NCBI GenBank assembly: GCA_031549385.1
Contig: JAVBPW010000004.1
Coordinates: 12,043-76,042, forward strand
Length of the DNA: 64,000 bases
Origin: Alphaproteobacteria bacterium
GTDB lineage: Bacteria > Pseudomonadota > Alphaproteobacteria > Rs-D84 > SZUA-605
Reading direction: 5' to 3'
The notes beneath the pieces are model-generated. The model did not search any database. It had not been told where the DNA came from and saw only the letters and a program-made list of their open reading frames with translations. Of the stretch, positions 8,697-18,472 are shown piece after piece (position 1 is the stretch's first letter; each line of letters begins with the position of its first letter). The position numbers were made by a program, and so were the translations under genes.

Positions 8697-9641
8697 ATGA
8701 AATCATCTAAATTAATTGGATTTGGTGCGTATTCACCTAAAAAAATAGTAACTAACGATGACTTATCAAAAATCATGGATACAAATGACGAATGGATATC
8801 AACTCGTACAGGTGTAAAGTCAAGACATATAGCAGAAGAAAATGAACAAACATCAGATTTAGGTCACAAAGCATTTGAACAAGCTTTATCAAGATCAAAA
8901 CTTCAAAAAGAAGATATAGAATTATTAATCGTTGCAACAGCAACTCCAGATTTATTATTTCCATCAACAGCATGTATCATTCAAAAAAAAGCAGATTTAA
9001 AAAATGCTGTTTGTTTTGATGTAACAGCAGCATGTTCAGGATTTTTATATGCACTATCAATAGCAAACGCATACATCAAATCAGGAAAATATAAAAATGT
9101 AGCAGTAATAGGCGCAGAAAAAATGTCTAAGTTAATTGATTGGACAGATCGTGCAACAGCAATATTATTTGGTGATGGAGCAGGTTGCTTTATCTTACAA
9201 GCAAGTGATGAAGAAACAGGAATCATAGACGATATAATCAAGTCATCAGGCTACGAAGGTGATATATTAACATACGATTATATATCTGCTGAAAAAAAGA
9301 TTACTATGCAAGGCTCAGAAGTATTCAAACATGCAGTATCAAAGATGTCAGATATAAGTAAAGAAATACTTGAAAAGAACAATATGACATTAAACGACAT
9401 AAAATATCTGATTCCTCATCAAGCGAATTCAAGAATAGTAGAAGGTGTAGCAAAATATATGGATGCTCCAATGGACAAAGTAATAATGAAGGTAGATCAT
9501 TTTGCAAACACATCTTCAGCATCAATTCCATTAGCATTTTGTGAAGCTTATGAAGAAGGAAATATTAAAGAAGGTGACACATTGTTATTTACTGCCCTTG
9601 GTGCAGGAATAACATGGGGAGCACTACTTATAAAGGTTTAA
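8697..9641 (+). CDS. fabH: 3-oxoacyl-ACP synthase III
   Basis: 314 aa. Active-site Cys context (AACSGFLYAL), His (HQAN) and Asn (ANTSSAS) motifs. Begins 14 nt after plsX with an SD. Confidence 0.9.
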   Translation: MKSSKLIGFGAYSPKKIVTNDDLSKIMDTNDEWISTRTGVKSRHIAEENEQTSDLGHKAFEQALSRSKLQKEDIELLIVATATPDLLFPSTACIIQKKADLKNAVCFDVTAACSGFLYALSIANAYIKSGKYKNVAVIGAEKMSKLIDWTDRATAILFGDGAGCFILQASDEETGIIDDIIKSSGYEGDILTYDYISAEKKITMQGSEVFKHAVSKMSDISKEILEKNNMTLNDIKYLIPHQANSRIVEGVAKYMDAPMDKVIMKVDHFANTSSASIPLAFCEAYEEGNIKEGDTLLFTALGAGITWGALLIKV

Positions 9642-9812
9642 ACTAAATATTTAACCACTTAATTATTAAACAAATGGAAACAACAAATCAGGTTATGGAA
9701 CCTCAAAATCCAACAACAAATGAGCTCCCTGGAGCAAAATTTGACGAAACTACCAAAACATGGGTAGGAAAAGATGAAGCAAGGCTTGATCCAAGCTTCT
9801 AAACAAATTAAA

Positions 9813-9847
9813 AAGGCTTGAAATCTTATGGTTTCAAGCTATTTTTT
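9813..9847 (+). terminator. Rho-independent terminator closing the rpmF-plsX-fabH operon
   Basis: gcttgaaa-tcttatgg-tttcaagc stem-loop followed by TATTTTTTG. It overlaps the TTG at 9818 that the ORF track used as a start. Confidence 0.6.
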
Positions 9848-9925
9848 GTTTCTCTAATTGACTTTATAAAAATAATTATTAAATTGGATAACATTAATAA
9901 AAAGTCAAACTTAAACATATATGCA

Positions 9926-10369
9926 ATGAAAAAGAAAGTAATGGTTGTTGGCTACAATGAAGAGTCAATAAGGAATTTTTGCAACTATATGGTAGACAAT
10001 CCTGTTTATGAAATAGTAGCAATAGTAGACGCCCAATTCCACAAAGGAGAAAGCAAGAAGTTTTTTCCTGAAATAACAGATGCGGTAATGATAACATCTC
10101 CGGAAGTTGTAATAGACTTTAGCGATAAAAATATAGCAATAGCAAATTGCGCCTATTATACAGGCTATGCTATTCCATCTGTATTGTTAATAGATTCAAC
10201 ATCGCAAGACAGGCAAAAGTTGGAAACATTAACGGAAGAATACGTTGTTTCTATGGCAATATTGCCAAAAAACAATCGTGAACCTCAGTATTATGGTACG
10301 ATAATTCGTAATATGGACAACGTTTTAAAGCAAAACGTATTTACATATCAACCATCGGAGTTTTTTTAA
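9926..10369 (+). CDS. Hypothetical protein (147 aa from internal ATG); weak resemblance to the N-terminal NAD(P)-binding domain of DapB-type reductases
   Basis: ORF 9818..10369 was trimmed to ATG 9926 because the upstream part lies inside a terminator hairpin. MKKKVMVVGYNEESIRNF...VIDFSDKNIAIANCAYYTGYAIPSVLLIDST loosely follows a Rossmann/DapB N-domain pattern, but the DapB C-domain is absent. Confidence 0.4.
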   Translation: MKKKVMVVGYNEESIRNFCNYMVDNPVYEIVAIVDAQFHKGESKKFFPEITDAVMITSPEVVIDFSDKNIAIANCAYYTGYAIPSVLLIDSTSQDRQKLETLTEEYVVSMAILPKNNREPQYYGTIIRNMDNVLKQNVFTYQPSEFF

Positions 10370-10397
10370 TTTTAATTTTACCAATTGTTTTTCATTC

Positions 10398-10423
10398 GAG
10401 CCCCCATCTGGGGGCTTTTTTTG
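10398..10423 (+). terminator. Rho-independent terminator (gccccc-atct-gggggc + TTTTTTT)
   Basis: Perfect 6-bp GC stem and a 7-T run. It sits inside the upstream extension of the livH ORF, arguing for the downstream ATG start. Confidence 0.75.
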
Positions 10424-10480
10424 CTTGAAAATCTAATAGTTTTTATTAGTATTAAACAAGTACGAAAAATAAGGGAAAGG

Positions 10481-11338
10481 ATGTTTTTACAATTAATAAT
10501 TAATTCATTAATCATAGGCTCTGGCTATGCTTTAATAGCAATGGCATTTCGCCTAATGTATTCAGTTTCACCATTTTTTAATTTGACGCTTGGTTCAGTA
10601 GTAACAGTGGGAGCATATTCAGCTCTATATTTCACACCAATACTTGGATTAAATGCAATTTTTCCAGCAATAATAATAGCAGCTCTTTTCTCATGGGGGC
10701 TAGAGGCATTAGTCTATAAACCAATGCGTGACCGTGGTGCATCATCAATGATATTACTTGTGGCATCATTAGGTATTTATACAATCATGGAATCAGTAAT
10801 AAGTTTAATCTTTGGAGCAAAGTATTACACACTTGGAAATTTTTCAGAATTAAACCAAATTAATTTAGGTTTCACCAACATTCCATTGGTACAATTAATA
10901 ACAATAATATCAGCATTTATAATATTTATTTTATTATATTTATTTTTGCACAGAAGTTTTACAGGAAAACAAGTGCGTGCAGTAAATGACTCAACAACAC
11001 TATCAAATATTATTGGAATTAAAACAGATAAAATAATAATGATAGTTTCAATCATAACTGGTGCAATACTTGGTCTAGCAGGTGTTTTAATAGGCTACGA
11101 TACAGGTATGGAACCAACAATGGGATTTAATTTATTATTCAAAGGTATGATAGGAGCAATCATAGGCGGAATGACAAATCTAAGAGGTGCATTCCTAGGT
11201 GCAATGTTCCTAGCCTTCGCAGAAAATATCGCAGTTTGGGTATTTGCATCTGAATGGCGTGATCTTTGTGCCTTTGTAATATTTATAATATTCCTATACA
11301 TCAAACCAAACGGAATATTTTCTAAGAAAGGGGAATAA
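10481..11338 (+). CDS. livH: Branched-chain amino acid ABC transporter permease (LivH type)
   Basis: Start set at the ATG 10481, which follows the SD-like tract aagggaaagg. Multi-TM protein with the conserved LivH-family loop motifs (e.g. KPMRDRG..., TKGxxVRAV...). Confidence 0.8.
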   Translation: MFLQLIINSLIIGSGYALIAMAFRLMYSVSPFFNLTLGSVVTVGAYSALYFTPILGLNAIFPAIIIAALFSWGLEALVYKPMRDRGASSMILLVASLGIYTIMESVISLIFGAKYYTLGNFSELNQINLGFTNIPLVQLITIISAFIIFILLYLFLHRSFTGKQVRAVNDSTTLSNIIGIKTDKIIMIVSIITGAILGLAGVLIGYDTGMEPTMGFNLLFKGMIGAIIGGMTNLRGAFLGAMFLAFAENIAVWVFASEWRDLCAFVIFIIFLYIKPNGIFSKKGE

Positions 11339-11341
11339 GTT

Positions 11342-12454
11342 ATGCAAAAAAAAATTATATGGGGTTTAATAGCAGCAATTGTAATAGTATCAATCTTGAT
11401 ATTATTTCAATCAAGAAAAGAAACATACGACAAACCTACAATTAAAATTGGAGTATCACTACCAATAACAGGTGAAGCAGCCTATATAGGAGCTCCATCA
11501 AGAGACTCTGCAATGTTAGCATTAGATAAATGGAAAAAGGTTAATACAAAATATAATTATAAATTAGTAGTTGAAGACGATCAATTATCAACAAAGATGT
11601 CAGTAACTGTTGCAAACAAAATGATAAGCATTGATAAAGTAAAAGCTCTTGTAACAATCTGGGATATTTCATCTCCAATAGACATGGAGCTAGCAAAACG
11701 AAATAATATAATTCACATGGCATGCACTTGGGGAAATGGAATGTCAGATGGAATAAATAATTTCAATAATGTTACATCACATAAAAAGCATTCAGAAAAA
11801 ATGATTAAGCTTTTAAAACAGCAAAAAGTAAAAAAAGTTGCATATATTGCACAAGTTGCAAAAGGTGATCTTGACTTAAAGTCAACTTTAATAAAAGATA
11901 TGAAAAACAATGGTATAGATGTTGTATTTAACGAGGAAGTCCATATAGGTGATAAAGATTTTCGCACACTTTTAACAAAGATGAAAAATAAGAAAGTGGA
12001 TATGATAATGATAACAATGATTCCAGAAGATTTTTACGCTTTTGTAAAACAAAAAAAGGAATTAGGAATAGATGCTCCAATCACAACAGTTGATTATTTT
12101 GAAAGTATAGATAAAAAAGATTTAGTAGAAGGTTATTACTATGTGATGTCATCATCAGGTGGTGATAAATTTCTAAAGGAAATTAATACTGATGTAGTTG
12201 GTCAATGTATAGGAAATGTTTATGATAATGTAGATTTACTTATTTATGCATTTGAACATGCTGATGCAAAACCTGGTGAAATTCCAACAACAGAGGAAGT
12301 AGCAAAAGTTTTAAAGAAAATTAAAAACTATCCAGGAATAGTAGGTCAATTGTCGGTTGATCAAAATGGTCACATAGACTCTCCTGCATATATAAAGCAA
12401 ATCAAAAATGGCAAACCAGAATTAATAAAGGAACAAGATGAAAAAAAGAAATAA
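11342..12454 (+). CDS. Periplasmic substrate-binding protein, Leu/Ile/Val-binding (LivK/LivJ) family, paralog 1
   Basis: 370 aa. N-terminal TM/signal anchor, then the KIGVSLPITGEAAYIG motif typical of type-I periplasmic binding proteins of the Liv family. Ends ...IKNGKPELIKE, a tail shared with the other paralogs. Confidence 0.75.
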   Translation: MQKKIIWGLIAAIVIVSILILFQSRKETYDKPTIKIGVSLPITGEAAYIGAPSRDSAMLALDKWKKVNTKYNYKLVVEDDQLSTKMSVTVANKMISIDKVKALVTIWDISSPIDMELAKRNNIIHMACTWGNGMSDGINNFNNVTSHKKHSEKMIKLLKQQKVKKVAYIAQVAKGDLDLKSTLIKDMKNNGIDVVFNEEVHIGDKDFRTLLTKMKNKKVDMIMITMIPEDFYAFVKQKKELGIDAPITTVDYFESIDKKDLVEGYYYVMSSSGGDKFLKEINTDVVGQCIGNVYDNVDLLIYAFEHADAKPGEIPTTEEVAKVLKKIKNYPGIVGQLSVDQNGHIDSPAYIKQIKNGKPELIKEQDEKKK

Positions 12455-13535
12455 GTTATTTTTAGCAACTATTATTGCAGTTACATTAATTGGTATAATT
12501 GGAATATTTTTCCAACCTAAAAAACAAGATATTGAAAACAAGCAGGTAATAAGAATAGGCGCAATTCTGCCACTTACAGGTGACTTTGGAAATATAGGTC
12601 AATCTTTTAAAAATGCTGTTTTATTAGCTAAAAAAGATTTAGAAAAAAAGAATTTAAAGAACAAATATGAGTTTATATTTGATGATGACAGTTTTGAAAC
12701 AAGAAAAACAATTTCAGCTTTTCAAAAACAAAGAAGTTTGGATAAAGTAAAAGCGGTTATAAGTTTTGCATCAGCCACAGGTAATGTAATTGCTCCACTA
12801 ACAGACCAAGCAAAGATAATATATATTAATGTTGGTGCAAGCGATAAAAATGTAGCAAAAGGAAAATACAATTTCATTCATTGGACACAACCAGAAAATA
12901 CAGCAGGAAAACTTGCGGAATTTTTATCAAAAAATAATTATAAAAATATCGCATTCATAGGTGGTATAGACGCAGGTGTAAATGCAATAGGAAAAAGTTT
13001 TATAGAACAAGCAACGCCATTTGGATTAAACGTAAAAGTTTATAACTTTAACAATGGTGAAAAGAATTTCAAATTACTATTGCTTAAAACTCAACAAGAT
13101 AATCCAGATGCTTATGTAGTAATGGCATGGGGAGGCACAATCGCTCCAATGATGAAGCAAATCAAGGAAGTTGGCATAACTCAACCAATAACAAATATAG
13201 AAATTTTTGCAACAGTTCCAGATTTTTCAGTTGTAAACAACACGTATTATTCTGATGTAGCTCAAAGCTCACCAGAATTTATTGAAAGATTAAAAAAAGA
13301 ATTTCCAGACACTGCAAGTGATTTTGGTGTAGGAAATATATATGATTCAATAATATTATTTGTTCAAGCTTTTGAAAAAGCATCAACTCCAGATGAAGCA
13401 GTTGATGAATTAATAAAAACAAAAACATATAATGGAGTTGTTGGAAATTTAATCCAAGATGAAGCAGGGATTTTTAATTCCCAAGCGATAATTAAAAAAG
13501 TAATAAATAATAAACCAGAATTAATAAAGGAATAA
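12438..13535 (+). CDS. Liv-family substrate-binding protein, paralog 2
   Basis: 365 aa. Motif IRIGAILPLTGDFGNIGQS and C-terminal NNKPELIKE. Overlaps the previous gene by 17 nt. Confidence 0.75.
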   Translation: MKKRNKLFLATIIAVTLIGIIGIFFQPKKQDIENKQVIRIGAILPLTGDFGNIGQSFKNAVLLAKKDLEKKNLKNKYEFIFDDDSFETRKTISAFQKQRSLDKVKAVISFASATGNVIAPLTDQAKIIYINVGASDKNVAKGKYNFIHWTQPENTAGKLAEFLSKNNYKNIAFIGGIDAGVNAIGKSFIEQATPFGLNVKVYNFNNGEKNFKLLLLKTQQDNPDAYVVMAWGGTIAPMMKQIKEVGITQPITNIEIFATVPDFSVVNNTYYSDVAQSSPEFIERLKKEFPDTASDFGVGNIYDSIILFVQAFEKASTPDEAVDELIKTKTYNGVVGNLIQDEAGIFNSQAIIKKVINNKPELIKE

Positions 13536-13539
13536 ATAA

Positions 13540-14631
13540 ATGAAAAAATACATTGGTCCAGTAATAACATTAATAATAATAGCACTAGCATTTATTTATT
13601 TTTCAGAGCAGAAGAAAATTAAAGATCAATCAGGAAAGCCAATAGTAAAAATAGGAGTATCGCTTCCACTAACAGGAAACTTAGGCTACGCAGGTCAAGG
13701 CATGAAAGCTGCTTTAGAAGTTCTTCAAGAGGAATCAAATAAAAAAGAATATAAAAAACAATATCAATTTATTATTGAAGATAATGGATTTGATAATAAA
13801 GCTGCTGCCACAATAACTTCAAAATTTATCAATATAGATAATGTAGATGCAATAATAGACTTTGGATCAATCATAGGTCAAGTATCATCTCCAATATCTC
13901 AAAAAGCAAAGATGATTCATATTAATGTATGTTCATCTGACAAGTCAGTTGCGAAGGGGGAATATAACTTTTTAATAACAACAACCCCAGAAGCTGAAAC
14001 TGCATTGCTAGCAAAAAAGATTAGCGAAAGATATGAAAACGTAGCAATCATAGCTCAAAATGAAGTATCTTCTCAAATAACAATGAACAGTTTAATAAAA
14101 GAATTCAAAGACAGAGGAATAAAACATACAAAATATGTGGTAAACCAAAACGAAAAGGATTTCAGATTAATTCTAAGTAAAGCAGAAGAACAAAAGCCAG
14201 ATGTTTATGTAGTTTTTTTATATACTCCTGGTCTTGAAATATTTGTAAAACAATTAAAGGAACTCGGAATACAAACTCCATTAACATCAACTCATTTCTT
14301 TGCAAATATAGAAGATTATAATCTAATTGAAGGAAGTCATTATGTAGATTATGCTTCAATCAATCCAATATTGAAAAAAGAAATCTTAGCCAAAACAAAA
14401 GGTTCTAACTATGAAATGTGTTTAGCTTATATTTATGAAGCAGGGCAATTCATCATGGAAGCATTTGATAAAAATGATGATAAAGAACAAGCTCATAAAT
14501 ACATAAGAAACATGATAGCTCGTTCAAGTGAAGTAACAGAGCAAATAAACCAAAAAGAAGACACAATATTTATAATCTCTCCATCATGGAGGCAGATTAA
14601 AAACGGCAAACCAGAATTAGTACAGGAATAA
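13540..14631 (+). CDS. Liv-family substrate-binding protein, paralog 3
   Basis: 363 aa. Motif VKIGVSLPLTGNLGYAGQG and C-terminal IKNGKPELVQE. Confidence 0.75.
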   Translation: MKKYIGPVITLIIIALAFIYFSEQKKIKDQSGKPIVKIGVSLPLTGNLGYAGQGMKAALEVLQEESNKKEYKKQYQFIIEDNGFDNKAAATITSKFINIDNVDAIIDFGSIIGQVSSPISQKAKMIHINVCSSDKSVAKGEYNFLITTTPEAETALLAKKISERYENVAIIAQNEVSSQITMNSLIKEFKDRGIKHTKYVVNQNEKDFRLILSKAEEQKPDVYVVFLYTPGLEIFVKQLKELGIQTPLTSTHFFANIEDYNLIEGSHYVDYASINPILKKEILAKTKGSNYEMCLAYIYEAGQFIMEAFDKNDDKEQAHKYIRNMIARSSEVTEQINQKEDTIFIISPSWRQIKNGKPELVQE

Positions 14632-14632
14632 C

Positions 14633-15499
14633 ATGGAATATTTTTTAAATTTAGGAATTTTATTTTGCATTTACAGTATCCTAGCTTTATCGCTAAACAT
14701 GGTGGTAGGAATGGCAGGATTATTATCTCTCGCCCAAGCTGCTTTTTATGGAATAGGTGCCTATGCAACAGCATTAGGAATGACTAAGTTAGGATTAGAC
14801 TTCTTCACAACAATTGCCTTAGGAATGGCAGTAAATATGATAATAGCTTTCATAGTAAGTCGAATTTTATCAAGGTTCAAAGGTGACTATTATGCAATAG
14901 TTTCCGCAGGTCTTTCTATAATAGTATTTTCAATTTTATTAAATTGGAAAGGTTTAACAAACGGACCACTTGGAGTATTCGGTATAGAAAAGCCAGAAAT
15001 CGGAAATTTTGCCTTCAACTCAAATTTACACTTTTTATTCCTATCATTATTCTTTGCATTTGTAGTTTTTCTAATCTACCAATTCATAGACAAATCTTCA
15101 TTTGGCCGAGCATTAAAAGGGATTCGCGAAGATGAGCAACTAACATCAGTAATGGGATATAAGACAGAACGATTTAAGACTACAATCTTTGTAATTTCCT
15201 CAGCGATATCAACAATAGCAGGTGCATTATTTGCAAGTTACATAGCATTTATAGACCCATCAACCTTCCAATTAAAAGAAGGGATATTTATGTTTACAAT
15301 CATAGTAGTTGGCGGTCTTTCATCAGCATTAGGAAGCATAGTAGGAGCAGTAATATTAATCTCTCTTCCAGAAGTTTTAAGATTTTTAGGTCTACCATAT
15401 GAAACCGCAGCGCAATTACAACAAATAATATATGGAGCAATGTTAGTATTAATCATGGCCTTCAAACCCAAAGGTTTGTTTGGCAAATATAAGATGTAG
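14633..15499 (+). CDS. livM: Branched-chain amino acid ABC transporter permease (LivM type)
   Basis: 288 aa multi-TM protein showing the conserved LivM-like segments (GYKTERFKT..., LSLAQAAFYGIGAY). Starts 1 nt after paralog 3. Confidence 0.8.
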   Translation: MEYFLNLGILFCIYSILALSLNMVVGMAGLLSLAQAAFYGIGAYATALGMTKLGLDFFTTIALGMAVNMIIAFIVSRILSRFKGDYYAIVSAGLSIIVFSILLNWKGLTNGPLGVFGIEKPEIGNFAFNSNLHFLFLSLFFAFVVFLIYQFIDKSSFGRALKGIREDEQLTSVMGYKTERFKTTIFVISSAISTIAGALFASYIAFIDPSTFQLKEGIFMFTIIVVGGLSSALGSIVGAVILISLPEVLRFLGLPYETAAQLQQIIYGAMLVLIMAFKPKGLFGKYKM

Positions 15500-15509
15500 G
15501 GAGTAAGAA

Positions 15510-16622
15510 ATGAAATTAAAAAAGTTAATATTCTGGTTAATAGCAGCCGCAGCAGTAATAACAACAGTATTTATCCTTTCAAGTGAAGTAAATAATGAAA
15601 TGGTTAACAAACCAACAATAAGGATAGGAGTTACACTACCTCTTTCAGGTGATTTAGCCTATATTGGCGAACCAGTTAAAAAATCTATTCAACTAGCATT
15701 AAAAGACATAACTCAAGAAAGAAATTTGAAGTATAATTATGAGTTAATTTTTGAAGATGATAAATTAGACCCAAAAATAGTATTATTAAATTATAACAGA
15801 TTTATAAGTATTTATAAAGTAAGTGCAGTAATGACTATGTGGTCAAATGCAGTTGCGATATCATCAAGAACAGATAAAGATAAAATTATCAACATAGGTT
15901 GTGCTTGGGGTAAAAATTATGCAAAAGGTTATTATAACTTAAATCATTGTGTTTTTTCTGACGAACAAAATCCTTTACTAATAAAAGAAATGAAAAGACT
16001 GGGAATAAAAAAAGTTGGAATAGTTTATAATCAAACTCCAGGTGATGAAGAAATTATTTCAACACTTCTTCCAGACTTGAAAAAAGCTGGTTTTGAAATA
16101 GTTTTCAAGAGTCAGTTCAAAATGGATCAAAAAGACTATAAGTCAGAAATAATAAAAATAAAGAAAAAAGCTGTCGATATAGTATTTACAACTCTAATAA
16201 CACCTGGGCTAGAAATCTTTTCAAAACAAGCAAAAGAACTAGGATATAATCCTAAATACACAGGGTTTGACGTTCTTCGTTATGCTCCAGAATTCTTTGA
16301 AGGGCAATGGTTTATAACAGATGCTCCTGGAACAAAAGAATTTACAAAACATTATATAAAAGAAACAAAGGAAAAATCTGTGACATCTTGTGTTTCAAAT
16401 TTATATGATTCTTTAAAAATATTAGTAACTGGTTTTGAAGATACAGTGTTAAAAGGTGATGAAGTAATTCCAAATAACAAAGAAGTTGTGAAAACAATCT
16501 TAAATTTGAAAAATTTCAAGAGTGCAACAGGAAAGATTTATGTAGATGAAGAAGGAAATATTCATACATACCCAGAAATAAGTGTAATTAAAAATGGTAA
16601 AACAGAACCAATAGGCAAATAA
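15510..16622 (+). CDS. Liv-family substrate-binding protein, paralog 4
   Basis: 370 aa. Motif IRIGVTLPLSGDLAYIGEP and C-terminal IKNGKTEPIGK. Confidence 0.75.
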   Translation: MKLKKLIFWLIAAAAVITTVFILSSEVNNEMVNKPTIRIGVTLPLSGDLAYIGEPVKKSIQLALKDITQERNLKYNYELIFEDDKLDPKIVLLNYNRFISIYKVSAVMTMWSNAVAISSRTDKDKIINIGCAWGKNYAKGYYNLNHCVFSDEQNPLLIKEMKRLGIKKVGIVYNQTPGDEEIISTLLPDLKKAGFEIVFKSQFKMDQKDYKSEIIKIKKKAVDIVFTTLITPGLEIFSKQAKELGYNPKYTGFDVLRYAPEFFEGQWFITDAPGTKEFTKHYIKETKEKSVTSCVSNLYDSLKILVTGFEDTVLKGDEVIPNNKEVVKTILNLKNFKSATGKIYVDEEGNIHTYPEISVIKNGKTEPIGK

Positions 16623-16623
16623 C

Positions 16624-17358
16624 ATGAAACCAATAATAAGTGTAAAAAATTTATCTAAACATTTTGGTGGGCTAAAAGCAATAGACGACCTAACAACAGA
16701 AATCCCACAAGGTACAACTACAGGGTTAATAGGTCCAAATGGTTCAGGTAAAACTACATTAATGAATATTCTCACAGGTATTTTAAAACCAGAACAAGGA
16801 AGTATTCAAATCAATGATAAAACCTTTACATCTATCGATTCGACATCTTTAAGAAAATTAAAAATAGCTCGTACTTTTCAAGACGGACGCCTAATAGGTC
16901 AATTATCAGTAGAAGACAATCTTTTACTAACAACAGCAAAGAATGGTTTATTTAAAAGTATGTTTGACTTTGCTTGTCGCAAACAAAGAAAAAGAATGGA
17001 AGAAGTTTTAAAGATAATCCACCTTAAAGATCATCGTAAAAAGAATGCAGAAGAATTATCCTATGGCCAAGGCAAGCTTCTTGAAATAGGCCGTACCTTA
17101 ATGCAAGATCCAGATATATATTTCTTTGACGAACCATTCACAGGTTTATTTCCACAAGTGGTCGAACAAGTAATGGAAATAATGCAAGATTTAAAAGCAC
17201 AAGGCAAAACCTTAGTAATTATTGAACACAACATGGAATTAATTTCCAGACTATGTGAACATATAATCGTTCTCGATTATGGAAAATTACTATCATCAGG
17301 CAAGCCATGTGATGTATTGGCAAACAAACAAGTACAAGAAGCATATTTAGGAAAATAG
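16624..17358 (+). CDS. livG: Branched-chain amino acid ABC transporter ATP-binding protein (LivG type)
   Basis: 244 aa. Walker A GPNGSGKTT, an ABC signature region and Walker B IYFFDEP, plus the LivG-like insert. Confidence 0.85.
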   Translation: MKPIISVKNLSKHFGGLKAIDDLTTEIPQGTTTGLIGPNGSGKTTLMNILTGILKPEQGSIQINDKTFTSIDSTSLRKLKIARTFQDGRLIGQLSVEDNLLLTTAKNGLFKSMFDFACRKQRKRMEEVLKIIHLKDHRKKNAEELSYGQGKLLEIGRTLMQDPDIYFFDEPFTGLFPQVVEQVMEIMQDLKAQGKTLVIIEHNMELISRLCEHIIVLDYGKLLSSGKPCDVLANKQVQEAYLGK

Positions 17359-17367
17359 GAGCAAAAG

Positions 17368-18471
17368 ATGAAAAAAATAATATGGGCAATAGGAATAATA
17401 ATGGTGTCAGGTTTAATAGTAGCCTTCTGTATGCCGAGAAACAAAGACATAACAAAACCAATAATTAAAATAGGCATATTACTTCCATTAACAGGCAATT
17501 CAGCATTTGCAGGTATTCCAGTTCAAAAAGCAATCAATATAGCTCTTGAAGATATCAATTCAGAAAGAAAATTGAAATACACTTATGAAGTAATTTATTC
17601 AGACACACAAAACAATCAAAAGAAAGCATTAACAAATGCAACAGGTCTAAATTCTATCAATAAAGTTAATGCATATATAACAATGTGGTCACCAGCTGGA
17701 TTAACAGTTTCTCCATATGCAGAAAAAAACAAAAAAATCCATATAGGTTGTTCATGGGGTTATGACATAGCAAAAGGTTATTATAACTTTAACCATGCAA
17801 CATTTCCAGATGAACAAGCAGATGCTTTGATAAAGGAATTAAAGAAAAAAAATATAACTAAGCTAGGAATGATTTGGTTAGCAGACAAAGCTCAACAAGA
17901 ATTGGTAGAAATTATAAAAAACAAATTAACACAAAATAATATAGAAGTTTCTTTTGATAATATGGTAATTGGTGAACCAAAAGATTTTAAAACACTAATT
18001 ATGAAGATGAAACAAAAAGATGCTCAAATGTTATTAATATTGATGCTCCCACCATCAATAAATATATTATCAAAACAGATGAAAGAAGAGGGATATGATA
18101 TTCCAAAAACAAGTATAGAATACTTCACATACGTTCCAGATTTATTTGAAGGCCAATGGTATATAAGTGATGCATTAGGAACTTCAGACTTCGGTGCAGA
18201 CATGAAAAAAAGAACAGGTGAAGACTTAAATTCATGTATGGCTAATTTATATGACAGTTTAAAGATATTAATAAACGCCTATGAAATAACACCCTTAAAA
18301 GAAGGTCAAATAGTCCCAGAAAACGATGCAGTATCAAAAACAATCTTAGACATGAAAAAGATAAGAAGTGTAATGGGCAAAATTACAATAGACCAAGAAG
18401 GTAATATTCATACCAAACCTACATTAAAGATAATCAAGAACGGTAAACCAGAAATAATAAAAGGAAAATAA
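17368..18471 (+). CDS. Liv-family substrate-binding protein, paralog 5
   Basis: 367 aa. Motif IKIGILLPLTGNSAFAGIP and C-terminal IKNGKPEIIKGK. Confidence 0.75.
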   Translation: MKKIIWAIGIIMVSGLIVAFCMPRNKDITKPIIKIGILLPLTGNSAFAGIPVQKAINIALEDINSERKLKYTYEVIYSDTQNNQKKALTNATGLNSINKVNAYITMWSPAGLTVSPYAEKNKKIHIGCSWGYDIAKGYYNFNHATFPDEQADALIKELKKKNITKLGMIWLADKAQQELVEIIKNKLTQNNIEVSFDNMVIGEPKDFKTLIMKMKQKDAQMLLILMLPPSINILSKQMKEEGYDIPKTSIEYFTYVPDLFEGQWYISDALGTSDFGADMKKRTGEDLNSCMANLYDSLKILINAYEITPLKEGQIVPENDAVSKTILDMKKIRSVMGKITIDQEGNIHTKPTLKIIKNGKPEIIKGK

Positions 18472-18472
18472 T

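Noticed and set aside
9674-9802. 42-codon ORF (METTNQVMEPQNPTTNELPGAKFDETTKTWVGKDEARLDPSF) between fabH and the terminator.
   Set aside because: No RBS and no recognisable family. It could be a real micro-protein, but the evidence is insufficient.
9818-9925. TTG start at 9818 for the 183-aa ORF.
   Set aside because: The first about 30 nt form the fabH-operon terminator hairpin (gcttgaaa…tttcaagc + T-run). An internal ATG at 9926 gives a more plausible start.
10385-10480. TTG start at 10385 extending livH by 32 aa.
   Set aside because: The extension contains a perfect GC terminator hairpin plus a T7 run (10400-10422), and an SD-like aagggaaagg precedes the ATG at 10481.
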